Assembly: GCA_028534125.1 (NCBI GenBank)
Contig: CM052817.1
Location: 9,116,001-9,180,000, forward strand
Length of the DNA: 64,000 nt
Source: Lama glama
Taxonomy: Eukaryota
Direction: 5' to 3'
The notes below the pieces were generated by a model, which saw nothing but the letters and a program-made list of their open reading frames with translations, was not told the origin of the DNA and did no database searches. The position numbers and the translations under genes were made by a program. Below are positions 46,925 through 60,899 of this stretch, in pieces (the first letter of the stretch is position 1; the number at the start of each line of letters is the position of its first letter).

Positions 46925-47120
46925 TAAACTTTTTACTTTTAGATAATTATAAATTCACATGCAGTTGTAATAAATCATACAGAGAGATTCTACATGTACC
47001 CTTTATCCAGTTTCCCCCAATGGTAACATCTTGTGAAATTACAGTACAACATCACAACTAGGATATTGACATTGATGAAGTCAAGGTGCAGAACATTTCT
47101 ATCACTGCAAGGATCCCTCC
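46925..47120 (-). mobile_element. L1MC/MD-type 3' end
   Basis: attcacatgcagttgtaataaatcatacagagagatt...tttcccccaatggtaacatcttg...ggatattgacattgat...gcaaggatccctc. Confidence 0.85.
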
Positions 47121-47299
47121 TCTATGAATGACTTATTTTTGCAAATAAAAAATACAATTTTTAGGAAAAATAATAGATCACTAGTGCCAGAGAAGAAAGA
47201 CTTAATTCATTAAGATTAGATCCTTTTTAAATTCTACATTTATTAAACTCCAGTACTCCCACCAGCTATTGATTTGAGGGAATAAAGATTCTGGGAGCT

Positions 47300-47785
47300 C
47301 TGGTGGTGCCTGAACTTAAGTGGCTGCCTGGCATGCAGACACCCTTCCTTTTCTGAGAATAGCAAGAAAAGTGGGAGGAGGGCAGCATCTCCAGGGACAG
47401 AAGCCAAAGGAGAGCAGTTGCTTCCTCACTTCTGTGTATTGAGGGAAAGAGCACAAGATCTGTGCATGACGAGGTGATGATCACAACCCTGACCCCTCAG
47501 GACCATGAACCTTGAAGGAATGACTTAAAGGCACCAGGATGGTAGAGCTTATGTGTCAAAGACACTGATACAGGAATCCAACAGTGTGGATGGTAAGTGA
47601 CCAATTCGGAGAAAAGCGGGCATCCTAGCCAGCTGAGCCTGTCACCGTCTGGTATTTGGGCCTTGTCAACTTTGGCCCCATTTTCCAAGTCCTCGCATCA
47701 ATTCTGTGAGCCTTCAATTTAATTCATTCTCTGCGTCAATAAGCCAGAGTTTCTTTCTGTTGTTTGCAAACAAGGAACATTGAGA
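47300..47785 (+). mobile_element. ERVL-type LTR (LTR33/LTR16-like) fragment
   Basis: 3' end ttctgtgagcc...taagccagagtttctttctgttgtttgcaaacaagga resembles ERVL LTR termini. Confidence 0.5.
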
Positions 47786-48659
47786 GGGTTAAGTACCTAC
47801 TATTTACAATTAACTGTATTTCCATTACCTCTTCAATTGTCAGATCAGTCTCATTAAATGGGTAGTAGTCCAATATGGAACTGGGTTCCCCTCCCCGCCC
47901 CCCAACCAGGATTCTAAATGTGAGAAGTGCCCAAGCAATACAGTTGTTCTAAATAATAGGATTTTTAATGATCATCCATTTATTAAATTACCTACTAGTA
48001 ATACATGAGTTTGCCACGGCTCACCATGCACGGGAATAACGGGATTCAGTGGACTGAAAATACTTGCTGTGTGATATCTCAATGCATTCTCCTGCAAGCC
48101 ATCAGGGTTCTTGGTCATTTATATGGTTTGGGACAATAAAAAAACTATTTTGAAGCATTGAATTACAATTGTGCAACTAGACATCCAATTTCTAAATATC
48201 CTTAATAAGGGAGTTTCTTAAAAGCCAAGAAAATGTCCCAGAAGAATGTACCCAGTAAATATTGATTGAGGAAGGATCAAGCCACTCTCTCTCTCTCTTA
48301 ATTATTTTTTCAATTGTTCAGTGTTGATAAACTTAAACTCCAGAAATAGTCCTACAAAGAAATACACCAAATCCAGACATTCTAGATAAACGGCCTCCCG
48401 TCTTTCTGTTTTACGGCTGAGGAAACTGAGGTTCGTATGGGCACTATAACATGTCTAAGATACGGCACAAGTAAATTTGAGACACAGCATTGCATTCATA
48501 TTTCCTATCTGTCTCTGTAAAGGTAATTTGTCTAAATCTAATTTCTAATTCACTCCCCCTTTTTTCAAGCGTGGTTGCAAAGAGCTTAGAAGAGTGCCAA
48601 TCACACAGTGAGTAATACCTACCTGCCAGCTGTCAGATCATCATTATGGTCCATCTCTT

Positions 48660-49600
48660 CTTTAAGTCATCCACTGGATTTTAATTTCAATACTTATATT
48701 TTATCTCCAGAAATTCCCTTTCATTCTTTTACCTGATCTGCTTGGTCATGACTGATAGTCACTTTTTTGTTGTTGTTGCTGTCTTTATTCCAGCTTTTAC
48801 TTCTTCAAATACGACAGTTTTAGGTAGCATATCTGTATCTGATAATCTCAAGAATGTGTCTCCTGACTGCCCCTCATGATGGTCTGCTCCTGCAGGTACC
48901 TGATCATCTTTCTTTAGGAGTTTATATTTGGCTGAAGTTAACCTGCAGGCATCCTGAAGGCTCTGAGCTGAAGATGCTGACACCTTAAGAGAATTTACAT
49001 ATGGCATTTCTGGACACCAGGGACTGTTCTCAAGCTGGGGCCACTTTAATTTTTTGGCTTTATTTTTCCTGATGCCATGGATGGTACAGAATAATGCTAG
49101 GTCCACATGAGAACAGACTTGGACTGGAGCTAACAAACTCCAGGGGAGACAAGTATTATCATTAAGTCCTACCCAGAGTCACAGCAAAGACAAAAACACT
49201 TTCTTGTTAGTTGCAGGCAGATTTTTGTTTTAGTCCATCTATTCACTGACTTTATAGACACTTACAGTGTCATGGTTTATGAGGGGATCTCAAGTCCATT
49301 ATCCCCCCTATTGCATGAGCTCCAGATCCATTTATTCATAGTCTATGTGATCAAGAACCCTCAAAGCTTCAGGTGTACCTCGTTGAGTCATTTTACCCAG
49401 GATGACTCTGGTGACATGATTACTCATCTCTCTGCTTTCAACTCATGGCTTGTTAGTTTGCAGGTTTGTCCTTTAAGAAAGTCCTTCCTTGCTTGGGGAC
49501 TCAGCAACAAAGTGTGGATTTGTTTGATTGTTTGTTTTGTCAACACCTGGATATTCCATAGCACAAAATTTCTCCAGGCCATCTTATCCACCACTTAGTT
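48660..49600 (-). mobile_element. Ancient L1ME/L1M5 fragment
   Basis: ttttaatttcaatacttatattttatctccagaaattcc...tctgtatctgataatctc...; highly decayed. Confidence 0.45.
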
Positions 49601-50259
49601 GGAAGAAGAAATCTACACAAACCTCACGGATAATTGCAATATATAACTGTGCTCTGGGCCAATCCAGCCTGAGAGAAAGAGGATCCACATGAACTTCAGC
49701 CTCCCGCACCCACCCCTTTCAAGTGCCCCCTGAAGAGCTTTTCCAGGTCCTCGGAGGGTGTCTCACAGGTGCTCTGACAATGACCAGACTTTTACCTTTT
49801 TCTCTTGTTCTTTCTGGATCACAGCCCCACTATTACTGGTCACCAAAGATGCCAAAGTGGAAACTTTATCCCTCTTGTCCATGAAAAGACCTTTGATACC
49901 ACTGCCCAAGGACCCAGACACTGACTGTAAGATCAAGAATGCCAACACCAAGGGTCACAGCACCATCCCACATCACCCCAGCTGGTTCACCCCTGTCATC
50001 AAGGCCACAGCTCCAAGGCTATTGGCATCTTGGTCCCCAGCCTCTACAATAATCATAAAAAGATCACTTCAAAAAAATTTTAGCAGTAAGAGTCAAAGAC
50101 ATTCACTATCCTTGTGAATAACATTTGCTGAGTGTACAAGGCACTGTGTGATTTCTCTATACACATTATCTCATTTAGCCCAAGGCAATCCTCTGGTCTC
50201 CAACGAGGATCTGCCAACCAATTGTAGATGTCTCTCACTTTTTTCAAATGAGCGTCTAT

Positions 50260-50510
50260 ACCACATCATGGTTAAGAATGCTGGGTTTCAATTCTTCTGC
50301 TGCTGTTTATAAATGTGTGAGTTTGAGCAAGGTACTTCATCTGTCTCAAAGGCTCAGTTTTCCAATCTGTAAAATGGAGCCAATCAGAAAATATGCCCCA
50401 TAGGGTTGTCCTGTGCTTCAGATAAGAGAATCACCATAAAATGTTTGGATCCATGCCTGGCATGTTGTAAGTGCCAAATGCATGTTGGACATTTTTAATG
50501 TTTCGTTATT
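50260..50510 (+). mobile_element. MIR SINE (near full length)
   Basis: catggttaagaatgctggg...ctcagttttccaatctgtaaaatgg...catagggttgt...tgcctggcatgttgtaagtgc. Confidence 0.88.
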
Positions 50511-52229
50511 ATTATGTACATCAACATAAGAGTTAGTGAGCTCAGGATAGATGGTGCTCATTGTGGCTTTTTCATTGAATGAATACTAAAAATATAGTTA
50601 GTAGACAATGTTAACTCTAAAAGAGGGGGTCACAGATTCAAAAATGTTATAAACTAACAACCTAAAGAAATCCACTCCTGCCTCACAGGACTGCAGTGAG
50701 AATTAAAAGAAAAGAGAATTGGGTGACCACAGGTCCAGAAGGTTCACGACCATCTGTGCCTTCAATGGAGATCAAGGCCATGAAGACCTGAGGGGACAGG
50801 GTCTGGAACAAGAGCAGCTCGTGTGGCAGAGATAGGTGTAGGGGGCTGTATCAAATCTCTTCCTGCATCCCTGATCTGGGCTTTGATAGGCCAGACCTGC
50901 CCATGTGTTAGAGTTCTGGAACTGATGGGAGAGGTTAAACACACAAAGCCAACATTGCCTAGGCCCAGGATCTCACAGGGGTGACAGGAGAATCACATGC
51001 AGGTATCTCTTACAGTTTCTGAGTTTGTTTTTTTTTTTTTAAGTGTATGTCAAAATAACATGCAAGAGGACAAAGGGAAACCAAATGAATGGTGCAGACT
51101 TGAAAATACAACAGGGAGATTGTATTTATATCCATATTGCTATCCACATCTATACCATATCTCTATTTATATCTGTGCTTTTATCACCAGTCTCATCTTT
51201 CTCATGCAGTTAGGAGTCATCTTCTGCAGAGCTGGCAAGCAACGCGGGATTCAGGGATGGCCCTGATGTATAAAAACCTACAGTGACAATTACTTATTTT
51301 CTGTCTCTCTCTCTCTGCACCCGCTGCTTGGCTTTTCTCTTTCTTGGGAGGTGGAGTCCTCATTTATGCTCGTTAAAATGTGTTAATGAGAACTTTGTAG
51401 AAAGAAAAATGAGGAAAGTAAGAAAGAGAAAAAAAAGACACATCGAGGGAATTTAGGTTCTAGTTACTAAGCAGGACAGAGCAAAGTTGGTCAACCCCTA
51501 AGATGTATTTTTTTGGCCATGAACGTATTATCTTGTTTGCTCACTAAAGATGCTTATGACTAATTCCTTAGTCTCTCTGAGTCCATAGATCAGTCCATAG
51601 TGGCATGAACTGGTTTTCAATTCAGTAAACCTGCTTTGAACACCTACTGGGGGGGAGGCACACAGCTAGATGTGTGGGAAATAAAGCTCAAAAATACGTC
51701 CCTTCCTCCTGCCCGTGTCCAGCTGGGTCGGTCAACCATAATCACCCTCCAAGGCTCCTATGTGCAACCTTCTCTGGTGCACAATGCTTGGCATATGGTA
51801 GCTACTTAATAAATATTTGCTTAGTGAATAAGTAAATAAATTTACCTGGATACTCAAGCACAGTCAAGGCACACCACAGTCCCAGTGGGTGGGGCCGTGC
51901 CTCTTTCTTTAAAAACAACTCAAACCTGCCAAGCATGACTATTTGTATGAAACCCTATGCTTCCTTCTTTTGAAACATTGGGGGGTTCCTCTTTACCTCA
52001 TTTGTCTTGGTCTTTGCTTACTCGTTACCTCTATTCCCCACTCCAGGTCTGGTAGCTTCCCACTCTTGTACCCTGTTAACACAGCTATTGAAATATCTAT
52101 CGACTGATTCTAACTTTGCTGCAGTATTTTCCTGTGGATCTTTTGGGCTGGATCTGAGGTGAGCTGTCAGCTGTTGAGAAAGAAACCTCCAGCACATTCC
52201 AGGTCTCCATCTCACTCGGCTCTGCCTTT

Positions 52230-52720
52230 CCACTTGACCCTGTCAGTTTTTTGAAAAAGGTATTGACATGGTCAGAGCTGTGTGCTTTGGGGAAGATCAC
52301 CCTGAAGGAAATGGCAGATGAAAGGGAAATTAGAGTGGAGGCAGAAAGCTAAAAACTATTCAGCCATCCAACTGAGAAGAAATGAAGGTGGCGATGAGAA
52401 AGGGAAGAAGGAAGAAATGAGAGAGACATTGTGGGAGGCAAATGGCCTGGAAAGGGGACTGAATGAGATGCAGGCCCAATGGGCTATGCTGAACTGGTGA
52501 CCTATGAAACATGCACTGTACGAGAGCCTTTGATGATACAAGCTGCTCAAGAAGGCGCCTTAGAGACAGTGACGTGGGATGAATCCTCAGTGACAAAGAG
52601 TCTACAGTGGCACAGGAGTGAGGAGGGTGGGAGCCAGTGTGTGTGGGGGGGAACCTGGTGGAAACCACAGACATGATCTTGGATACTGAAGTGTCCTTAA
52701 CGCTAAGACTGATGGGTAAG
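52230..52720 (-). mobile_element. L2 fragment
   Basis: gacatggtcagagctgtgtgctttggggaagatcaccctg...agagtggaggcagaaag. Confidence 0.6.
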
Positions 52721-52729
52721 AAAGATACA

Positions 52730-52960
52730 GTGGGAGTCCGTTGTTCTTGTCTGTCCAGCACTCATGTCCCCTTCTTCTGAAAACAAAGCCTATCTTTCCC
52801 GTGGAAAACCAAATCACTGTGAATTAGGAAGAGACGACTACTCCTTTCCCCAAAGCTACTAGAGTGAACAAATAACCCAGGCCCAGCCAACGCGGGATGC
52901 TCTCACCCTGGCCTCAGTGATCGGCCAGTGAACTGGCTCCCGGAGAGTCAATTAGAATTA
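52730..52960 (+). mobile_element. LTR33-like ERVL LTR fragment
   Basis: ctgtccagcactcatgtccccttcttctgaaaaca...acccaggcccagccaa...ccctggcctcagtgatcgg. Confidence 0.6.
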
Positions 52961-54399
52961 CTTAAAAGATTGAGATGACCTATTCCACAGCGTTAGGATT
53001 AGGATTTCTTTTTCTAGGCACAGGGATCTTTCAGTTGCCTATAATAAAAATCTAATGTCAACTAGCTTAAGATCAAAAAAAAAATCATCTTGGTTACCAG
53101 TCTACTTTTCCTTCCACTGTACCCTACTGTTTCATCATCCTGTCAGGGACTTCACAGAGTTGTGTAATGGAGACAGTTTATTCTTTCTGAGAAAAGAGAT
53201 CTGTTCTGCTAACTATACAACTGTCTTCTCGGCATTTCTCCTCTGTGCCCACTTCACATGATTTTTCAAAGATGTAACAGAAGATGGTGTTGCTTTATAT
53301 CACACACACATACACCCATGCCTTTTAGAAAGTGCTACTAGCTTTTATCTCTGGTTGTCTGGCTGTTTTTATAACTCTCTTTCTTTCCATATGCTGGGCT
53401 TTTCGAGGCAAAAATAAAAATTAGTCTCAGGAGAGAGGTTAGGGATAAACCAACGCCACCCTATTGTTGTAGAGCTAAGGAAACTGCACCAAGTAAACAC
53501 CTACTTTCCACATTGAAGACACAGAGCTGCGCTGGATACTGGAGTTTGCAGAATTACTGAGAATCAACCCACACCTACTCGGTATTTATATTCTAAAAGG
53601 AATCAAACCTGTATTGCTCAACTGAGGTGCTGGAAATTTCTTCTAGTTATCGCCTCCTAGTTTAATGTAAGTATGTCTGTCTCTGGACAACTTTCATGAG
53701 GCAAATGGAAAGATCTGGTCTTCACATGGCCAATAAGAACCCGTTATCAATGGAGTGCGTTATTATAGGATTTTAGAGATGCACATTTAGAAACTGCTTG
53801 GAGTGATTTGGATATGAATATTTAAATAAGCTCCAATTTTTGAAAACGCTGTTAACTAGAAAACTTATGCTGGTACACTTTTAGCGAAAAATCAGAAAAT
53901 CACCAGAGAACTTGCTGAAGTCAGGGATTATCTCAAAATACAAAATTTGAAAAGTCTAGGCTAATCACATAAATCGTTACTCATATTTTTCTGGGTTTCT
54001 ACCATTTCAGAAATTTCACTTATAGACTCTTATTTGAGTTAGGGAGAACAGGCACTATTATTTTTACCCTCTTTTGACAGGTGTTAAAATTGAGGCATAG
54101 AGTAGTTAAGCAAATTCCCAAAGGGCAGGCAGCTAATAAATGGGGAAGAGCAGTCTGCCCCTAAGTCCAAAAGGGAGCCTAAGAGAAGATGGGGTCTACA
54201 GTCAGAGCTTCCCAGGCATTGACGAACCCTGTGACGTTGGTCCAGTTACATAATCATTTTAATAGTTTAATTGGCTTCCTCATTTATCAAACATGGACAA
54301 CATTGATCTGTAAGTCTTATTTGGGGAATCAAATAAGATAATGTAAGTTGGACATTCAACCTGTGGTGTGTAGTCAGTGTTGGTTCCCTTCTTCCTCCT

Positions 54400-55290
54400 T
54401 CTCTTGGAGAACACTTCAAATTTAACATGTACTACAATGTGGTTCCAAAGCCATGATCAGTTTGTAGATGCTCATGGATTCAGAATAAAAACCATGCGAG
54501 GTCCTCAGCCATCAGTGAAATATTCATTCAACACTCACTATCTCCAAATCCACCCCTGCCCAATACAACCCCCAGCTGTGTACCTCCTTTATTTCTTGTA
54601 TGAGCAGCCCCCCAAACTGGAAACCTGCAGGGCAGACCATGCTCCTCCTTCCTCCTGCCCTTGACATCTTATCAGTCATTGAATCCTACTCATGTCACCT
54701 CCTAATAATGTCTCCTTATGTGTGCTTTCTCCCTTCCACCATCATCTTCGGTGCTCTTACACATCCCGTTTATTGCTGCAGGACAATCTGCCTCAGCTGT
54801 CAACCTGTTCTATTCTATCTTCCAGGATGCTTTCCATTGTAAGTCTGTAAGATACTGATCTGAGCACAGAACACCTGCACTGAGTTCTCCAACCTCTCCA
54901 ACTGTCTGAGGTGTCTACGATCTCTAGCCTGGCACAAAAGTCCACCATCAGCTGTTCTTCACCTTGATCTTCTACCATATCTCCCATGTTTCTTCCAGAA
55001 CTTCCCTGGACCATGTCTAACTGCTCTAGTTCTCTAAAGGTGCTTTGCTCTTTCTCATCCTCTGTGGTAGATATCTCTGATTGGAAAACTTGCCCTACTT
55101 TATTTTCTGGGAAATTATCTTTGTCATTAAAAATCAGCACAATATCCATCATTTCCTCTAGGGTGACTTCCTTGATCCTTATTCCCCCAAAGCTGAGTTA
55201 TATGCCACTAATATGTTTCCATAGCACTGTATGTTCGCCCTATGTTTTCAAAGCACTTGTCAGAGTGTGTTGTAACTGGTAGTTGATCTC
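54400..55290 (+). mobile_element. L2 LINE
   Basis: ggaaacctgcagggc...atcagtcattgaatcct...tggaaaacttgccc...ctttgtcattaaaaatcagcacaatatccatcatttcctctagg. Confidence 0.7.
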
Positions 55291-55329
55291 TATGAAGACA
55301 GAGTTATGAAGTGCAATATTCTATCAAGA

Positions 55330-56030
55330 TTGAAAGCATGTTCTATAACTGCCTGGGTTAATCTCATGTAACATCACTTACCAACTATGGGATCTTAGGT
55401 AAGTTTAATTGACCCTTCTATGCCTTGATTTCATATTTGTCAAAAAGTGTATATTAGTTTCTTTTGGCTGCTATAACAAGTTACTACAAACTCAGTGGCT
55501 TAAACCAACAGAGATTTATTCTTTTACAGTTCTGAAGATCTGAAGCCTCATATTAAGGTGTTGACTGGGCTGTTCTCTCTCTGAAGATTGTAGGAAATTA
55601 TCTGTTCCTTGCCTCCTCCATCTTTTGGTGGTACAGGATGTTCCCTGACTCGTAGCCACATCACTGCAATCTCTGCCTCTAATGTCACATGGCCTTTTGG
55701 TCTTCTCTATATATCTCCCCTCTGTGTGTCTCTTACAAGGACATTTTTCCATCGGTTTCACGGCCCATCTTGGTAATCCAGATGATATCCTCATCTCAAG
55801 ATCCTTAACTTAATTACATCTGTAAAGATCTGTTTTCCAAATAAAGTTATGTTCATAGGTTCCAGGGATTAGAACATAGACATATCTTTTGGGGAGCCAC
55901 CATTCAACTCACTACAAGTTTACCTAGCTCTTATGTTTCTTGGGAACATTGAACGATATTGTGCATGTAAAGATCTCTGAACAGTACCTGGCAGAGAATA
56001 AATGTTCAATAAATGACAGCTATGATGATG
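55330..56030 (+). mobile_element. MIR split by an MLT1 LTR
   Basis: 5' half ...cacttaccaactatgggatcttaggtaagt...tgccttgatttc; 3' half gcatgtaaagatctctgaacagtacctggcag...ttcaataaatgacagctat. Confidence 0.8.
55450..55916 (-). mobile_element. MLT1C/D-like MaLR solo LTR (full length)
   Basis: tattagtttcttttggctgctataacaagttactacaaactcagtggcttaaa...catctcaagatccttaacttaattacatctg...ggttccagggattagaacatagacatatctttt. Confidence 0.92.
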
Positions 56031-56919
56031 ATGCTGTTTCACAGTGATTATCTCACAGGTTGGCACATACATAGTCCTTAACACCTGGTTTCTTATTTTT
56101 TAAAACTGTGCTTCTTAGGTCAAAAAAATTAACAAGAACATTTGAAATGTATTACTAACAGCAAGAGTTTAAATAGGTTTTTCTAGTTAATCTTCACTTT
56201 AACAACTACAAAAAAAGTTGAACTGACCAGAATTCTCATCCACCATCACCCATGAACGAGCCTTGGCAATGCCTCCAGTAGTAGCTAGTTCCTAAAGGGA
56301 GTTTATACATGTCAGCATGGAGCTCTTTGCTCTTGGCCAGCACCCCAAAATGAATGACTTTGCTTGAAATAAAGTTGGAGAGATTCTATGTACATGATTA
56401 TAGACTTGGAAAGGCTAGAAAAGCAACCATCAAATAGCCACCGTGCAAGATGACAGATGTGAGGATGGACCGAGCTGGCAAAGAGATGATATTCCTCAAG
56501 TCACTCCTTGAGTTGGTGACCAGGCAGAGACTAGCACCCAGGTCTCCAGATTCACCTCAGTCTTATTCTCCCCAGTGATCTGCCTCATGTTATTGACACT
56601 ACTTAGTGCAAGAAATTAACATACATAGTAACATCATCTACTTAAAAGGATGGAGAAGGTCAAGAACCTTAACACAGACTTACTGTCATAAGTTTGCAAT
56701 ATTCTATTCAAATAGACCCATGTAATGACACAGATAATACAGCCATATGAACTTGTATTTCACTTTTATTTGGTAATAGCAACAGAGAAAAGCAGTGTGG
56801 TGTATTCCAGCCACCTCATTTTTACACCCAAGGTCCTCTGTGACTTTCCTTGATAATGCAATCAACTTTTCCCTGTCACATACCTTCTACTCAAATTAAG
56901 AGAGGTGCTAACTCCATAC

Positions 56920-57180
56920 CTAGTCTACGCTTTTGCTCCATACCTAGCCCACACTTTCTCTAGTCCATATTGTTTTTCCAGCTCTTGTTCTTTGTACCTT
57001 AAACACCATCTCCTCTATTTCTACATCTCCAAGTTCCATCATCCTTGAAAGGCTCAGTTCAAATATCATATGATCTAAAAAGTCTTCCTTTTCACTCCCA
57101 CCTGGAACCAACATTTCTTGTCTCTGAACCCCCATATCATATTTTTTATACTTCTCTTGCAGTATTAGTCATTTCCTAAT
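56920..57180 (+). mobile_element. L2 fragment
   Basis: ccatcatccttgaaaggctcagttcaaatatca...ctctgaacccccatatca. Confidence 0.65.
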
Positions 57181-57427
57181 TTATATTTTTATATCTTTCC
57201 TTTTAATGTAGTAAGTTCTCAGAGTTAAACAAAGTTAAACAAGTAATATTGATGTAAGAGAGTTTACCACATACTGGGAACCTCCCACGTCCACAGGACT
57301 TTCTGAGAGAAGTTCAGCACGTGATCCTGATACCGTGGCCACATTTAGATGGACCAGGATGGGACTCTAGTCCAAGAGCAGCCGATCCCTAGACTGACCA
57401 AAAACCATGCAGTGGCAGACAGGACAG

Positions 57428-57642
57428 AAGTGATATGCGGGAGCTCACTCACACTAGTTCATAGGATCCAGTTGTCTAATTTTCAGGATTTGAGGAGCCA
57501 GGTGACATTGTGTAGGTAGCCTGAAATCAACCATACTGGGAATATTTGCATCATGAAAACTGGCAAACATTACAAATCAGGACATCCCCCATTCCATCCT
57601 CCCACAGATAGCAGTTATTAAATATTTACCATCACAGCACTC
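57428..57642 (+). mobile_element. MER63A-like hAT element
   Basis: ggtagcctgaaatcaaccatactgggaatatttgcatcatgaaaactggcaaacattacaaatcagg...gttattaaatatttaccatcacagcact. Confidence 0.8.
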
Positions 57643-58094
57643 ATGCTAAGAAACTGAATCTCCTCCTTGGTAGTTTGAGTGTGAGATCTACTGAAGGGGT
57701 TGGTGGTCCTTAATAGAGACAAAAGCAGAAAAACTTAGAAGAGAGGGTGGTGAGCAGGAGACAGGAGACAGGAGCAGCTGTGAGGCAGCAAAATGTGGAG
57801 AGACAGGAGCAGAAGTAAGTTAGTCAGTAATGGCAGGTTCATATAAGCAGAGGCAGAGAGTGTGATGACAAATCCTTGGAGTAGGAAAATCAGCTGCCTC
57901 CACCCTGGGATGGTGACTAATCCTGGTTCCCGGAGTTTTGCTGAATCCCACGTGACTTCTTCTATAGCCTGCTCGCCTGTGAGGCTGGCTCTGTAGTGAT
58001 TCCTGTTTTCCTTATTTCCCGTCTCTCCTGAAAGACAGATCTTATCCCAGAGGATCTGCAGCCGAAGGACCATGACAGAATGACTGCGACACTC

Positions 58095-58320
58095 TGCAGC
58101 TCATCAAGGGCTTTCACATCCATCTTCACACTTAATCCTCACAACAGCCATGGTGGTGGCACAGACCACCAACTCCTGTCGGCACCAACCAGCACATGAG
58201 GTGGGAGGGCTGAGGCTCTGAGAATCTGTGGGACTTCCCCAAGGTCACGCAGTTAGGAAAGAGCAGGGACAAGATAGACACCCTTGGCCCCAGCATCAGG
58301 ACCAGGGGCTCTGTCCACTT
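58095..58320 (-). mobile_element. MIR SINE
   Basis: gctttcacatcc...cttaatcctcacaacagcc...gctgaggctctgaga...ttccccaaggtcacgcagttagga. Confidence 0.8.
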
Positions 58321-58599
58321 TGGGCCTACATGAGCTGTGAGGGTCAAGATGTGCAAGGCTCTGACGCTCTGCCCACCCAGATCACACTCTGTAAATGACC
58401 AACAGGCTTAGTGAGCAATCAGAAAGAGCAAAGAGGAAACGTGAAAGAGAAGACAGAGAAAGAGGCAGAGAGAGAGAGAGAATGTGATTAGAAAGTTAGG
58501 ATGTTATATATAGATGATATGGTAAAAAGGTGCACACGCATATACACACGTGCATATATAACATCACATAGATTATATTTCATGCTTACTATATGGCAT

Positions 58600-58820
58600 C
58601 AAACACACCTGGGTTAAAATCTCAGCTTCCTACTCATCAGTTGTGAGAACTTGAGCAAGTCGTTATCCCTTTGAGACTTCATTCATAAAATGGACATTAA
58701 ATTTCTCTGTCTACATCATAAGAATCTGGTAAGGCTTAAAGAGAAAGTGCATGTAAACCATTTGGCACAAAGCTTGCCATGGAGTAAGTCTTTGGTATAT
58801 TTGATGTATGGTTACTATTA
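58600..58820 (+). mobile_element. MIR SINE
   Basis: cctgggttaaaatctcagctt...ttgagcaagtc...aaagtgcatgtaaaccatttggcaca. Confidence 0.8.
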
Positions 58821-59999
58821 TTTTAAGTAAAATAATAAAAATATGCATAACTATAAAAATTAAATCAATTTGATTTTATTCTAAAAAGCACTGACTGCTG
58901 GTGAAAGGACCCCTCTACATAAAAAAGTGGTATTTTATACATGCGCACAGCCTGCTTTACAGAAAAAAAGAAGAAAAAAAACACATTGGAAACACACAAG
59001 GCTCAAAATTAAATGTCTTTAAATAAAACATAAAGCAAAAACAGCTGCTGCTGGAACTTGGTCCCTAGGCAGATTTGATTTTTGAAAATGACAAAGAAGC
59101 CAAATTGTGCTTCGATTCCTGGGCTGCGTGAGAGTAGGGAAGGTGATTGCTTCCCTGGAGCTGACAGCCGGCTTGAGGGAAGGATGCAGATGCTTAAACA
59201 AAGGACATTGTATGCTGGACACACAGCTCTCTGGGACCCTCAGCCAGCAGGGAATTCTGCAGCCACATCACAAACAGTGTTGCTGAATTTCCTTTCAGTT
59301 TCTGAAATAGCCATCAACACAAATGAGACGCCTGAACGGGGCCATAAATGCAAAAAGAGCACATTCGTTAGGCTGAGGTAGGGTAACACTCCATGCCATT
59401 GGGAGAGAGATCACCTATATTTCTAAGGACCTCAGTATGTGGCCTTATCATTTCCTGATAGAATATCTGCTAATATATTACAGACCAAGACCAGTTCCAC
59501 CTGGGAGATGCATTTCTCTGGCCATGACCTAGGAATTAGACCCAGGATGTCTGTCGGAGATCTTTTTGAATATAATTCAAATACAATTCTTTTTAAATAT
59601 AATTTTAAAGTTAGTAAAACAAAACCAAGGAAAGCATGTAATACAGAGGCAAGAATAAAACCCCCCAGCAGACACATCATCCTAACACAATTACCACCTT
59701 TTGTGTACGTGCTTTCCAGACTTTTTTTTCTCAGAATTGAAGTCAGAGTACCCACATGATTTTGTAACACAAATTTTCGGGAACTGGGCTGGCATTCCTT
59801 GCGGTGGAGGAGGACAATGGAAAGCGACTTGAAGTGTGTCCGTCTAGTCCACTCACCTGGCAGGGGACCAACCTGAAAGTACCCCTTAGAGGAGATTCAT
59901 TTCTTTCAGGAAAAGATGATGGATTCAGGCACTTCCCTCCCATGGGAGTGGGAATACCCCAGGAAGGAGAATGAGAAACAGCTCCTTTGTCATGGCCCC

Positions 60000-60350
60000 G
60001 GTTTCCCTTCCTTACCTTCCCAAATCACTTTCTCCCTCATACCCAGTGCGTCTGGCACAGGGGACTGATTCCATGTTTTGACCACCTCTCAAGGTGTTCC
60101 CTCTGCCTGAAACTCTCCTTCCTGCCCCCCAGTTTACTGCCAACTCACGTGACCCCTCAGGTCTCATGTCACAGGCTTCTCTGCAAGGAAGCCATTGCTC
60201 CACCTGACCTAACCCCCCAACCCCACCTCGGATTCAGGGCTCTGTAGCTGCTTCATGGCACGCATTACAGTCCTCTTGGTTTTCATGTCAATCTCTTCCC
60301 TAAGGGACAGACATAAAATCACATCCAGGGGAGAAGTTAAGGACCAGGAA
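60000..60350 (+). mobile_element. L2 fragment
   Basis: tgttccctctgcctgaaactctcctt...cccctcaggtctcatgtcacaggcttctctgcaaggaagcc. Confidence 0.6.
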
Positions 60351-60899
60351 GCCTGGCTGTGCCACCACCCACAGCGTGCAGGAGGCTCGGCAGCGTCGGG
60401 GACTGTTTGAGCAGCAAGAGCCTCAGCCTGAGTGCAAAGCGTGAGCAGGGAGGCCCTGGGCTGAAGCCACTCTGGAGACTGCAGGTGTGCCCATCCATCC
60501 ATCAGGACGGGAAGCTCTTTTCCCAGAGCTCCAAATGGACGAACAGGAGGGGCTCAGTCTTTAAAGGGGCCTCGCTTGAAGAAAAGGAATCATCAACTTG
60601 GAGAGAAATACATTCATGATCAAATGGCCAGAGGCTCAGAGAGGAGAGGAACCAACATCAGTTCTCACTCTCAGACACATGATTCCAGGGAGGGGTGAGA
60701 GGAGGAGGTGACCGAAACCCCCGAAGGGCGCTCTCTGAAGAACTCCAAGGCCCTGAACTGTCACGATGGAACAGAATGACGAGAAGCTAAGGCTGGAGAA
60801 GTGGTCAGCCACAGCATGCAGATCATATGCCTGTGCTCAGAGAAACAGGCCAGAATAAACACACAAGGCATAGGATGGAGGCTGTCTGTGGACAAAGAG

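Noticed and set aside
57222..57243. Tandem gttaaacaa duplication
   Set aside because: Resembles an internal motif of an old hAT-Charlie MITE rather than a functional repeat.
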